From assembly GCA_046290225.1 (NCBI GenBank), contig JBKAGE010000082.1, positions 96,001-160,000 of the forward strand: a stretch of 64,000 bases of DNA, read 5' to 3'. A model generated the notes under the pieces. It ran no database searches. It saw nothing but the letters and a program-made list of their open reading frames with translations, and was not told where the DNA came from. Positions within the stretch are counted from its first letter, which is position 1. Every line of letters starts with the position of its first letter. Below, one piece after another: positions 31,356 to 40,484 of this stretch. The DNA comes from Bradymonadia bacterium (GTDB taxonomy: Bacteria > Myxococcota_A > Bradymonadia > UBA7976 > UBA1532). A program made the position numbers and the translations under genes.

Positions 31356-32120
31356 TCAGATTTGAGCCACCACCAGCGCGATGTTGTCCTGGCCTCCAGG
31401 ATGATCGCCTACGCCATTGAGCGCCCGCATGGCCAGACGTCGTGTATAGATGCGTGGCTGGGTACCGTTCTGGCGATAGAGATCGACGATGTCGTCGAGG
31501 CTCACTGAGGTCTCGGGCTGGCGGTAGTGGCACTCGTCGATGCCGTCGGTGAACACCATGAGCAGCTCACCGCCGGTACATTCGAACTCGAAGGTCTCTG
31601 CGTTGTGCGCCCCCAACGTGCCGGGCCAGGCAGGGCTGATGAAGGTGTTGAGCTTGCCGTTGAGCCGCCGGCCGCCCTCTGGTCCCACAGCGACGGCGCT
31701 GGAGTCACCGAAGCTCACCCCGAAGCCACGACCTGTGGCGCGATCGAAGATCACCACGAGCAGGGTGGCCTCAGACTCTTCTTGCGGATCATCGTCTTCG
31801 CGATGGGTGGCGGCGACGGCCTGCATGAGCCCCTCGGCCTCCGTCACCCCCTCGAGGGCTGCGGGCAGCCGCTCGATGAGCGCGTGGCTGGCAAAGGGCC
31901 CGAAGTGAGCATCAGAGACCGCCATCACGATGCGCGTGCCGTCGTCGTACCCGAGGAGGGCGTCCTCATTGGGCACGTCGGGATCGCGCTTGAACTGCAC
32001 CGAAGGCGAAAACGGATCAGATCCGACGCTGATGGCACAGGCCGCTCGATCGCCGATGGCGCCCTGATGCAGCGCCTTGTACCGACCGTGATCCCGGCCC
32101 AGCTTGATCGTCCAGGTCAC
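31356..32120 (-). CDS. PP2C-like phosphatase domain protein
   Basis: NEDA, VSDAHFG, GDSS, FTDGI and GQDNIA motifs. Confidence 0.75.
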   Translation of the reverse strand: MTWTIKLGRDHGRYKALHQGAIGDRAACAISVGSDPFSPSVQFKRDPDVPNEDALLGYDDGTRIVMAVSDAHFGPFASHALIERLPAALEGVTEAEGLMQAVAATHREDDDPQEESEATLLVVIFDRATGRGFGVSFGDSSAVAVGPEGGRRLNGKLNTFISPAWPGTLGAHNAETFEFECTGGELLMVFTDGIDECHYRQPETSVSLDDIVDLYRQNGTQPRIYTRRLAMRALNGVGDHPGGQDNIALVVAQI

Positions 32121-34516
32121 CGCTGCGCCTCTCCTTCAGTGGCTGCGTCGTCATTTTGAGCCACGGGGGGGTCTGCTTTCTGAGGCTGCCGCACCCGAAG
32201 TGGGATGTAGATCTCTTTGTGGCCTTCAGGGCCATAGAGGGCTCGATAGGCCGCGTAGCTGCGCAGCACCGTGCGGGTGTATGCCCGGGTCTGATCGTAA
32301 GGGATCTCTTCGACAAACTCGTCGACGTCGAGGTGGCCCACCTTCTTGAGCCACTTGTTCACCCGACCAGGCCCGGCATTGTACGCGGCGATGGCCAGGG
32401 CGGGGTGGCCCCGATAGCGTTCGAGCAACCGCCCGAGGAACGCGGTGCCATATTTGATGTTGCCCTCGGGGGTGTAGATGGTCTTGAGCGAGGGCGCCCG
32501 CTTCTCGTCGAGGAACTTGGTGGCCATCATGGCGGCGGTGCCCTTGAGCAGCTGCATCAGCCCATGGGCGTTGGCGTAGCTCTTGATCTTGGCCCTGAAG
32601 CCGCTCTCCTGACGCATGATGGCCCACACCAGCATCGGATCCACGCCCCGGGCCTCGGCCTCGGCGCTGACGATCTCGCTGTAGGGGGTGGGGAAGCTCG
32701 CCTGCCACCGCCGACGGGGATCATCAGTGGGGGCGAACATCAGCGGCTCGCTCTTCTTCATCAGCCAGTGCGCGATCCAGAGGTTGTCGCATTCGCGATA
32801 CAGCGCCGAGGCGAAGTCGAGCCCCTCGGGGGTGATGCGCCCGAGCCGGTGCAGCCGCTTGAGCGCCAAGCGGGCATCTTCTTTGAGCCCGAGCCGCCAC
32901 AGGATGGCCGCTCCCTGCTCCTCGGGACCCAGGCCGGGCAACACCTCGGCGAGGGCTTCGGGGGTGTAGGGCGCCTCGGGGACCACGCCCTTCAACGGTG
33001 AGGGCTCGGCCCCGGTGCCACCGAGCCAATGACGCGACATCGTGGCGTAGTAGGACAGCGGGTAGCGATCGTTGATGTACTGCCACAGCGCCCGGGCCTC
33101 ACCGAGGCGGCCCTGCTTCTGATGAATTCGGGCCCGCCAGTACGTGGCGCGCTCGTAGAAAGTGCGCCGTGAGCTGTCGGTCTCCATCGGGCGGGTGTTG
33201 ATCAACCGCACCAACCACTGATCAGCGACGTCGAGATCACCTGTGCGGTAGTACGCCCACGCCACCTCCCAGAGCACCCGACCGAGCTTCTCTTTGAGCA
33301 GAGGGGTCTCCGGCGGCAGCTCGGCGAGGGCTTCGTACAGGCTCCGGGCCACCTTGGGCCGCCGCATTCGGCGGGCGAGCTCCGCGCCGTCCCAGAGCAG
33401 GTCGGCTTTCATGGGGCTTGCGGGCATGTCTTTGGCGAGGCGTCGATACAGCTTCAAAGCTGCGCCGGCTTTTTCGGATCGACGCAGACCCTCTGCCTTG
33501 AGGTGCATCAGATGTCGCCTGATGCTCGACGACCGCGCCGCTTCGATGGCGTCGTTCGCCCGCCGCAGGGTGTCGAAGGGCGACTTCTTGAGCAGCCTCC
33601 ACCCAGCGATCAGATCGCCCATGCCTGCGCTCTTCTCGGGCCACGCCCGCCCCACGGCCTTGACGATGGCCCGGGCCCGCAACACCTCGCCCTTGCGGAT
33701 GTGATGCACCGCTCGACCCGCCCACTCGGTGAGGGTGAAGGGCCCACGATCCTTGGGGCTCAAAGCCTCGAGCAAAGCTTCTTCGGCGTCGGCGCCTGCA
33801 CGGTAGCGGCTCCACCGACGCAGAATGCCCGCCATCCGGACCTGCCACGCCTGCACATCACCATCGAGGCCCAGCCGGGCTTCGGCCTCGATGAGGGCGA
33901 AGCGGGCCTTGAACCACTCACGGCCGATGTGGGGATACACCCGATCGATGAGATCGACAGCAACACCGAACCGCCGCCGCTTGATCATGGTCTTGGCGGC
34001 TTTGAGGTTCAGATCAGCGAACCGAGGGTGCGCCGGCGGCACGAGCTTGAGGGCCTCGTCGGCGTCGCTGAACCGCTCATCGGCCCACATCAGCTCCACC
34101 TCGGTGGCGGCGATGTAGCCATCGAGAGCAGGCATAAGCGCCTTGGCCTGCTCGAGAGCGTCGAGGGCCACCCGAGTGCGACCGAGCTTGGCCAGGCACC
34201 GCCCGATCAGATACTGCACGGCCCCTTGCAGCGCCGGCGCGGCGGCGTCGAGCTCGATGGCCTTGAGGGCCTTGAGGGCCACGGACCATCCCTTGCCGTC
34301 CATGGCGTCGAGGGCTTTCTTGAGCTTGGGCTGACCCACCCACAGCGGCTCCCCGATGGGCACCCGAGGTGCCTCGACCTTGGGCTCGAGGCTGGCGGCG
34401 CCGTACGCGGGCTGAGCCGAGGTGCGGCCCCACGGACGCTGATGTGGATTGCGGGCGTGCCCGACGAGGGGCAGGCAGAAAGCGACGAGGCTGGCGGCAA
34501 CGGCGAGGCGGGCCAC
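32117..34516 (-). CDS. Soluble lytic murein transglycosylase (Slt70-like, TPR + SLT)
   Basis: AIMRQESGF, AHGLMQL, AAYNAGPG and EEIPYDQTRAY motifs; signal peptide; helical repeats. Confidence 0.9.
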   Translation of the reverse strand: MARLAVAASLVAFCLPLVGHARNPHQRPWGRTSAQPAYGAASLEPKVEAPRVPIGEPLWVGQPKLKKALDAMDGKGWSVALKALKAIELDAAAPALQGAVQYLIGRCLAKLGRTRVALDALEQAKALMPALDGYIAATEVELMWADERFSDADEALKLVPPAHPRFADLNLKAAKTMIKRRRFGVAVDLIDRVYPHIGREWFKARFALIEAEARLGLDGDVQAWQVRMAGILRRWSRYRAGADAEEALLEALSPKDRGPFTLTEWAGRAVHHIRKGEVLRARAIVKAVGRAWPEKSAGMGDLIAGWRLLKKSPFDTLRRANDAIEAARSSSIRRHLMHLKAEGLRRSEKAGAALKLYRRLAKDMPASPMKADLLWDGAELARRMRRPKVARSLYEALAELPPETPLLKEKLGRVLWEVAWAYYRTGDLDVADQWLVRLINTRPMETDSSRRTFYERATYWRARIHQKQGRLGEARALWQYINDRYPLSYYATMSRHWLGGTGAEPSPLKGVVPEAPYTPEALAEVLPGLGPEEQGAAILWRLGLKEDARLALKRLHRLGRITPEGLDFASALYRECDNLWIAHWLMKKSEPLMFAPTDDPRRRWQASFPTPYSEIVSAEAEARGVDPMLVWAIMRQESGFRAKIKSYANAHGLMQLLKGTAAMMATKFLDEKRAPSLKTIYTPEGNIKYGTAFLGRLLERYRGHPALAIAAYNAGPGRVNKWLKKVGHLDVDEFVEEIPYDQTRAYTRTVLRSYAAYRALYGPEGHKEIYIPLRVRQPQKADPPVAQNDDAATEGEAQR

Positions 34517-34682
34517 GATGGGGTCCTTGGGCTCGGGTCCTTTTATGTGGAGAACGGTCGGCCCCCCCTGGGTGCATAAGGCAGACTTCAGAGGGGCGAA
34601 TTTTCAGTATTCCGAGGAAGGGCAGGCGATGCCAGCTTATGGCAGAGAAAGCTTGGAGAGAGGATCGGCGCGAGTGGTCTGT

Positions 34683-36032
34683 TCAGGGCTGCAGCTCGAG
34701 CTGCATCTCCTGCAGTTTGCGTACGCGGGCCAGGGCGTCGGCTCGAGCGCTGGCGTCGTGACCTTCGTGGAAGCTGGCGAGCTTCGTCCACGCCTCGAGG
34801 GCGTCGTCGAGCAAAGCGACATCCGCGGCCTCGGGATCGTCGTGGAACTGGCGGGCGAAGAGCAGCTCGTTGCACTCACCGCGCAGGGCGAAGGTGGCCG
34901 CCTGTCGGCTCTTGGGCAATCGAAGCCGCAGCCGATCGACGCGTCGAAGCGTGCGCAGGCTCTGCTCGAACCGCTCGCTGCGGGCATAGGCCTCGGCGAG
35001 TGACAACAACACAGCAGGATCGTGCTTGAGCTGGCCCCGAGCGGTGGCGAGCTCGAGGGCTTTGATCTGCTGCTGCGTGTCTTTGATCTTGAAGTAGAAG
35101 TGACCCAACAAACGCTGGGCCTCCCCAAAGCGCGTGTGTCCCTGGGCGACCTGCTCCAGGCAACCCACCTGCTCTTTCTTGAGCACCTCGCCCACGCTCA
35201 ACGCCTGACGGGCGTCGACGACGCACTGCTCCACAGGCTCGCGCCCGTGGGGCGGGCCACCGAAGCTGCCCGCATCTGGCGCAGCCTCGACGATGGGCAA
35301 GCCCACGTCTGCGATCTCACGTGGGGGCTGTGGCGTCGACGTATGACCCAAGCTCTTCTTTCGTCGCTTCACATCACCAGAGGCGGGCCTCGACGCGTTC
35401 ACCCTGGCCAGAGCCCCAGGGCGCTCGAGGGCAGACATCGGGCCCATCCGGCCCTCGGCGATCACGTAGACCTCGTGCTCTCGGGCGAAGCGGCCCCGAT
35501 AGGCGAGGCCACCGGCCTGCAGCAGGAATGGCATGTCCGGGCGCCCGCTGATGTTGAGCATGGCCCGGCCGCTCTTGTCGGTCTGGCCGATGACTTCACC
35601 ATTGAGCTTGACCTCGACCTCTGGCTGCCCGAGCCGGGTGAGCACAAGGTAATCCTGAGCCGGCGGCGCCAGCCGCAGCGTCATGGACACCACGGTGGGA
35701 CGCCCCTCGTTGAGGGTGATGGTCTCGCGGATGACCTCGGCACCGGGCAGCGCGCGGTAGCCGCTGAGCAAGTCGGCCGACAGCGCGATCTCGTCGCCGT
35801 TCTTCACAGTCATGGGGCCCCAGAACTCACCATCGGCGCCGGTGATGCCATAGCGCTGGCCGTTGATGGCGAACGGCACCATCTCCAGCACCCGCCCCTC
35901 GGTGGAGAGGGTGCGCACGGAGAGCATGATCTGGGCGTCTTCGGGGGTTTCGGGCGTAGTAGGAGCCTCGGGAGCATCCTGGCATCCGAGGAGGGCGAGC
36001 GAGAAGGTGATCGGGGTGATGAAACGCTTCAA
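34683..36032 (-). CDS. Hypothetical lipoprotein with C-terminal TPR-like region
   Basis: GGAGG RBS before TTG 36032; lipobox LLGC; helical C-terminus. Confidence 0.6.
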   Translation of the reverse strand: MKRFITPITFSLALLGCQDAPEAPTTPETPEDAQIMLSVRTLSTEGRVLEMVPFAINGQRYGITGADGEFWGPMTVKNGDEIALSADLLSGYRALPGAEVIRETITLNEGRPTVVSMTLRLAPPAQDYLVLTRLGQPEVEVKLNGEVIGQTDKSGRAMLNISGRPDMPFLLQAGGLAYRGRFAREHEVYVIAEGRMGPMSALERPGALARVNASRPASGDVKRRKKSLGHTSTPQPPREIADVGLPIVEAAPDAGSFGGPPHGREPVEQCVVDARQALSVGEVLKKEQVGCLEQVAQGHTRFGEAQRLLGHFYFKIKDTQQQIKALELATARGQLKHDPAVLLSLAEAYARSERFEQSLRTLRRVDRLRLRLPKSRQAATFALRGECNELLFARQFHDDPEAADVALLDDALEAWTKLASFHEGHDASARADALARVRKLQEMQLELQP

Positions 36033-36160
36033 TTGCAGGCCTCCCTCAGTGATGTGCGCACGAGTATAACGCGGCCAGCTCAGCTGGGATCTACTTGCCG
36101 ACGCCTTTGGCGACACATACGTACTCAGTGGCCCATATCCCCATCACATACCTGATGGAG

Positions 36161-36198
36161 GTTTGACATGCTCATATGGGACCATAATGATGGCAAAC
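36161..36198 (+). promoter_or_regulatory. Putative mqsRA promoter/operator (TTGACA inside an imperfect palindrome)
   Basis: GTTTGACAT...ATGGCAAAC outer arms with inner TCATATGG/CCATAATGA; directly upstream of the mqsR remnant. Confidence 0.5.
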
Positions 36199-36211
36199 AT
36201 ACTCAACGCTG

Positions 36212-36260
36212 ATGGAGAAGCACACCCCACATCACCTTGCTGTCCTTCAAGGCGAAATAG
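36212..36260 (+). pseudogene. mqsR: mqsR toxin remnant (internal deletion)
   Basis: ATG frame reads MEKHTPHH (E. coli MqsR begins MEKRTPH); a shifted frame 36237-36260 reads LLSFKAK* (E. coli MqsR ends VSFKEK*). Confidence 0.75.
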
Positions 36261-36271
36261 GAGGCCCTCAC

Positions 36272-36718
36272 ATGACTCGACCCCGTACATGTCCCGCATG
36301 TGGCGTCGTTGGGATGATCCGAGAAGCCCGCCCCGACGCTGTCGAATATGCCCACAACGACAAGATTCATACCCGAAACATCATGCAGCCGGCCTGGTGG
36401 TGCGACACATGTGGAGAAGCAGTCCTTGAAGGTGAGGACATCGCGTACTCAGAAGACGTCTGGAAGTCGCTGAAGGCTGATGTGCATGGCGTCTTGTCGC
36501 CCACTCAAGTGAAGGCCATTCGAGAAGGCCTCGGCATTTCGCAACGCCGAGCCGGATTACTGCTCGGAGGCGGTGAAAAGGCGTTTGCCAAGTACGAGCG
36601 GGGCTCGGTTTTGCCGAGCCAGGCGATGAGCGGTCTGCTCCTGCTGCTCGAAGGGCATCCGGAGCGACTCCGAGAACTCGAGGGTTTACGCACCAACCAA
36701 CACAGCGCGGCTGATTAA
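36272..36718 (+). CDS. mqsA: MqsA-family antitoxin (Zn ribbon + XRE HTH)
   Basis: CPACG...CDTCGEAV; 'IREGLGISQRRAGLLLGGGEKAFAKYERG...P'; AGGAGG RBS. Confidence 0.88.
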   Translation: MTRPRTCPACGVVGMIREARPDAVEYAHNDKIHTRNIMQPAWWCDTCGEAVLEGEDIAYSEDVWKSLKADVHGVLSPTQVKAIREGLGISQRRAGLLLGGGEKAFAKYERGSVLPSQAMSGLLLLLEGHPERLRELEGLRTNQHSAAD

Positions 36719-36778
36719 TATGCTGTTTTCGGTATTACCCCATTCGGATATTTGTGCATTGACGAAGGCTGTGGCCGG

Positions 36779-37258
36779 GCCTTTGTAGGCAGTCGTCGCT
36801 GCGCTCCGCCTGCGTAGGCGCCGGGCCTTCGGCACATCTTCGATGCGCCTCGTCTGGCGCGTACACGTTCGGGCATCCGCTTCGCGGACACCCTTCCGGG
36901 TAGGCAGGGTCGCTCAGGGCTTCGCCCTTCTTGCTCGCTCCCCTGCGTAAAGAGCTTCTTCTGTATCTTGTTGCTGAACCCCACCGGGATTCGACCTGCC
37001 GCGAACGTGCAAGCCTCTGAGTCTCAACGTTGGGCGTAAGCCCCAACAGCGTTGGAAGCAGCACAGAACCACACCAGAACTGACTTTTTACGCAGGGGAG
37101 CGAGCAATCAATGCGTCAGCATTGAGCGACCCTGCCTACCCGGAGGCCTGCTCGCGCCAGCGAGTGTGCCGACGTGTACGCAGCTCCAAGGCGGGCCGAA
37201 GGCCGGCCGACAGAGCTGCCTACGCAGGCGGAGCGCAGCGACGACTGCCTACAAAGGC
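36779..37258. repeat. Pair of inverted, diverged ~175-bp structured repeats (36779-36951 / 37087-37258), REP/BIME-like or ncRNA-like
   Basis: Exact inverted blocks of 41 bp (36779-36819/37218-37258), 22 bp (36895-36916/37123-37144), 21 bp (36931-36951/37087-37107) and 10 bp, separated by variable hairpins. Confidence 0.88.
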
Positions 37259-37302
37259 TCAGCAAGCACATCCATCACAGCCTCGTTCGACTCATTCACC
37301 AG

Positions 37303-38352
37303 CTAAGGCTTGGGGTGGGCCATCAACCAGTCGGTCCACAGTCCGGGCACAGCCTCCGACAACTGTGGAGCATGAGGCCCATTGGGGTGTGTCCACAGCT
37401 CCACGCCGATCCCTTCGGGACAGCCCGTGTATTGGATCACGCGCGTCTCAGCGCCAGGCTCGACGAGGCTGTAATCCACAGACTCAAGGGCCTCCGTCTC
37501 GGCGCTACAGCCATTGAAATCAGCCCCTGCCCACTGGGCTACGGTGGCCTCCGCGCCAGGGTAGCTTGAGCCGAGGATCCGACCGCCAGCATACGCTATC
37601 ACCTCATCAGACTCGCCGTGGGCGTGCAGGACGCTCACCGGCTCCGAGGGGGTGCAGTCCGCAGGGGCGGCGGCGCCGGCGACGCTGATCACCGCGGCGA
37701 CGAGATCGGCCCGCTCACAGGCCAGCCGCATGCTCATGAAGGCGCCGTTGGAGTGCCCCATCACATAGATGCGCTTGGGATCGACGTTGTAGACCCCCTG
37801 CACCTCTTCGATCAGGCCGCCGAGATAGGCCACGTCATCGACACCCGAGCGGAAGAAGTCACAACAGGCCGGCGCAGCGTTCCAGTAGTGCTCACCTTCG
37901 GGGTTGGCCTGCCCGTCAGGGGCCATCATCAACGCCCCTGAGGTCTCGAACAGCGCTTGGGCGCGGAAGCCATCGAGGATGTAGTCGGGGTTGCGGAAGT
38001 AGCCATGAAGCAGCACGAACAACGGCCTGGGCTCTGCAGGATCATAGTCATCAGGCACCCACAGCTCCACGGGCCGATCACCGCCGAAGGTGGTGGGCAG
38101 CGGCTCGGGATCTTCGATCATCATCTCAGCGTCGGCTGGCTCTACGGTGCTGTCAGTCTCGTTGTCGATCGTGCTGTCGACGCTCTCTACCTCGGCGTCG
38201 TGGGCCCCGACACCAGAGTCTGCCGCATGAGCAGCGGCATCAGGCTCGACCATCCCGGGATCGCTGGCGCTGCCGCCATCATCATCGCACCCCGTCGCGC
38301 ACAGCGCGGTCGATGCCAACAGGTACAGAGTCAGGGTGTGCTTCATCTTCAT
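37303..38352 (-). CDS. PHB-depolymerase/LpqC-family esterase lipoprotein
   Basis: Lipobox CATGC; LHG, WNA...CC, DDVAYL, GHSNG nucleophile elbow, HG..D, terminal His. Confidence 0.85.
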   Translation of the reverse strand: MKMKHTLTLYLLASTALCATGCDDDGGSASDPGMVEPDAAAHAADSGVGAHDAEVESVDSTIDNETDSTVEPADAEMMIEDPEPLPTTFGGDRPVELWVPDDYDPAEPRPLFVLLHGYFRNPDYILDGFRAQALFETSGALMMAPDGQANPEGEHYWNAAPACCDFFRSGVDDVAYLGGLIEEVQGVYNVDPKRIYVMGHSNGAFMSMRLACERADLVAAVISVAGAAAPADCTPSEPVSVLHAHGESDEVIAYAGGRILGSSYPGAEATVAQWAGADFNGCSAETEALESVDYSLVEPGAETRVIQYTGCPEGIGVELWTHPNGPHAPQLSEAVPGLWTDWLMAHPKP

Positions 38353-38354
38353 CC

Positions 38355-38870
38355 TCAGGTCACCGACCAGACATTGAGCAGCTCGGCCATCTCGGTGTGC
38401 TCCACCTCTTCGAGCGTCGCCCCCAAGCGCGGGGGGATCGCGTTGCTCGGCCCGTTGCCCACATCACAGCGAATGATGATGCGATCCACATCGGGCAACG
38501 ACAGCCCTGCCTGTACCAAAACCCGAGAGGCCTCGGTCACCAGGCCCAGGCCCATGTGCCCTGCGTCGAGCCAGTAACCCAGCTCCATCGTCCGGGGGCC
38601 CCCTCGACCCAAAAGCAGCACCTCACCCACCACTTGGCCCCCGTACCAGAGGCCGTAGCGATAGTGCGTATCCGAGAGGAACAGGCGGATCGCGTCGGCG
38701 AGGAAGGCCTCGGTCTGTGAGGGCGTACGGGGCTCGTTGCGCATGAAGGGCAGCCAGGGACGCAGGTGAGCGTCGTTGGCGTCGATCAGGGCGCGATACG
38801 CCGGGGCGTCGTCGATGCGCCACATGCGCAGCTCAAGACGGGCGGTAGACAACACTGTGGGTAGACGCAT
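38355..38870 (-). CDS. GNAT acetyltransferase (RimJ/RimL family)
   Basis: TARLELR, HLRPWLP, ELGYWL...GLGLVTEA and N.PSNAIPPRLG motifs. Confidence 0.88.
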   Translation of the reverse strand: MRLPTVLSTARLELRMWRIDDAPAYRALIDANDAHLRPWLPFMRNEPRTPSQTEAFLADAIRLFLSDTHYRYGLWYGGQVVGEVLLLGRGGPRTMELGYWLDAGHMGLGLVTEASRVLVQAGLSLPDVDRIIIRCDVGNGPSNAIPPRLGATLEEVEHTEMAELLNVWSVT

Positions 38871-38906
38871 CTTGGAGATCCTCAGAAAACAGCGGACCTT
38901 TTCGGC

Positions 38907-40304
38907 TCAGCTCGGGGGGCCAGTCGCACCAGGGTCTTCGACGAGGTTGTCGAAGCGGGTCCATTGTCGGAAGAACTTCAGCCTGATCGTGCCCGTAGAG
39001 CCTGCGCGGTGCTTCGAGAGCAGCAGCTCGGCGATGCCCTTGTCGGGCGAGTCCTCGTTGTACACCTCGTCGCGGTACACGAACATGATGATGTCCGCGT
39101 CCTGCTCGATGGCGCCGGACTCACGCAGGTCGCTCATGATGGGGCGCTTGTTCGGGCGGCTCTCGAGGCCACGGTTCAGCTGAGAGAGCGCCACCACGGG
39201 CACCCCGAGCTCCTTCGCCATCCCCTTCAGGTTCCGGCTGATGTCGGAGATCTCCTGCTCACGGCTGCGGATATGGGGCGGGCCCTTCATCAGCTGCAGG
39301 TAATCGACGACGATGAGGCCCAGAGGCGGGATGCTCGGATCAGAGGCCAGACGGCGACACTTGGCGCGGCACTCCATCACCGAGATGCTCGCGGTGTCGT
39401 CGATGAAGATCGACCAGTCCTTCATGACCTTCACCGCCTGCAAAATACGGTGAAGATCTTCATCGGAGAGGTGGCCCGTCTTCATGTTCTTGGACTCGAC
39501 CCGGGCCTGGGACGCCAGCAAGCGGGTCACCAGCTGGGCCGTGGGCATCTCGAGGCTGAAGACCGCCACAGAGACCTTGCCCATCACCGCGGCGTTGGTG
39601 GCGATGTTCAGGGCCAGGGTGGTCTTGCCCATGGCGGGGCGGGCGGCGAGGATGATCAAATCGCCGGGGTGGAAGCCCGCGGTCATATGATCGAGATCCT
39701 GGAACCCCGTGGGGGTGCCAGTGATGGCCGTCTTGGTCTCGAAGGCCTTCCGGATCTCGTCGATGACCTCCTTCACCCCATCTTTCATGGCGGTGAAGGA
39801 CTTGGTCTGCTGCTTCTGGCCGACCTCGAAGATCTTCTGCTGGGCCTCGTCGAACAGCCGCGACGTGTCTTCGTACTCGCCGCTGTTGGCCTTCTCGATG
39901 ATGCTGCCCGCGGTGGAGATCAGCCGCCTGATCTCTGCCCGCTCCGAGACAATCTGCGCGTGGTGCTCGATGTTGACCGCGGTGGCCACGGCCTCGTTGA
40001 GCCGGATCAGGGCCTCCATACCACCGGCGGGCTCGAGCTCGCCGGCCTGCTCCATGGCTGTGGACAGCGTCACCGGATCGATGGGCTGCCGGGCCTCGGA
40101 GAGGGAGAGCATGTGCTTGAACACCAGCCCGTACGCCGGGGTGTGGAAGTCCTCGGCTTTGAGCTTGTCGGCCACGCGATCGATGGCGAAGTTGTCCAGC
40201 AAGACCCCGCCGAGCACGGCGAGCTCGGCGTCGGCAGCGGTGAGGTGGCGCGCTGGGCTGGCGACGCCACCGGGCGGCGGTGGGAGGGCAGGCGGTCCGG
40301 ACAT
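38907..40304 (-). CDS. dnaB: Replicative DNA helicase
   Basis: AARPAMGKT, FSLEM, VDYLQLM, LSQLNR and SDLRESGAIEQDAD; no intein. Confidence 0.97.
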   Translation of the reverse strand: MSGPPALPPPPGGVASPARHLTAADAELAVLGGVLLDNFAIDRVADKLKAEDFHTPAYGLVFKHMLSLSEARQPIDPVTLSTAMEQAGELEPAGGMEALIRLNEAVATAVNIEHHAQIVSERAEIRRLISTAGSIIEKANSGEYEDTSRLFDEAQQKIFEVGQKQQTKSFTAMKDGVKEVIDEIRKAFETKTAITGTPTGFQDLDHMTAGFHPGDLIILAARPAMGKTTLALNIATNAAVMGKVSVAVFSLEMPTAQLVTRLLASQARVESKNMKTGHLSDEDLHRILQAVKVMKDWSIFIDDTASISVMECRAKCRRLASDPSIPPLGLIVVDYLQLMKGPPHIRSREQEISDISRNLKGMAKELGVPVVALSQLNRGLESRPNKRPIMSDLRESGAIEQDADIIMFVYRDEVYNEDSPDKGIAELLLSKHRAGSTGTIRLKFFRQWTRFDNLVEDPGATGPPS

Positions 40305-40390
40305 GGGGGCGATCGATCCTCGCCTTGGGGGTCGGGATCAAGACTTGAAAATCGCCGGGGGACAAAAAAGCGACACAGGGTTTGTCACCT

Positions 40391-40408
40391 ATGGGTGCCG
40401 GCACCCAT
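40391..40408. promoter_or_regulatory. Perfect 18-bp palindrome in the divergent dnaB/hen1 intergenic region
   Basis: ATGGGTGCCGGCACCCAT; function inferred only. Confidence 0.4.
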
Positions 40409-40484
40409 GTGAAACCCCCTGACCACAGGCACTTGATGGCACACCCCCTGCAAAACCGCCCGGGCAGATCTCTCAGGGGGACAC

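Noticed and set aside
36977..36998. tRNA 3'-end-like string (minus strand CAGGTCGAATCCCGGTGGGG) as a tRNA or att site
   Set aside because: The T-loop lacks one T, and no cloverleaf, CCA or integrase is visible. tRNAscan-SE or ARAGORN would settle it.
36715..37569. Short ORFs across the inverted structured repeats
   Set aside because: Mirrored peptides on both strands arise from the repeat itself; no RBS or codon bias.
38907..40304. Intein in DnaB, or prophage origin of dnaB
   Set aside because: Normal length (465 aa), host-like codon usage and no phage genes nearby.
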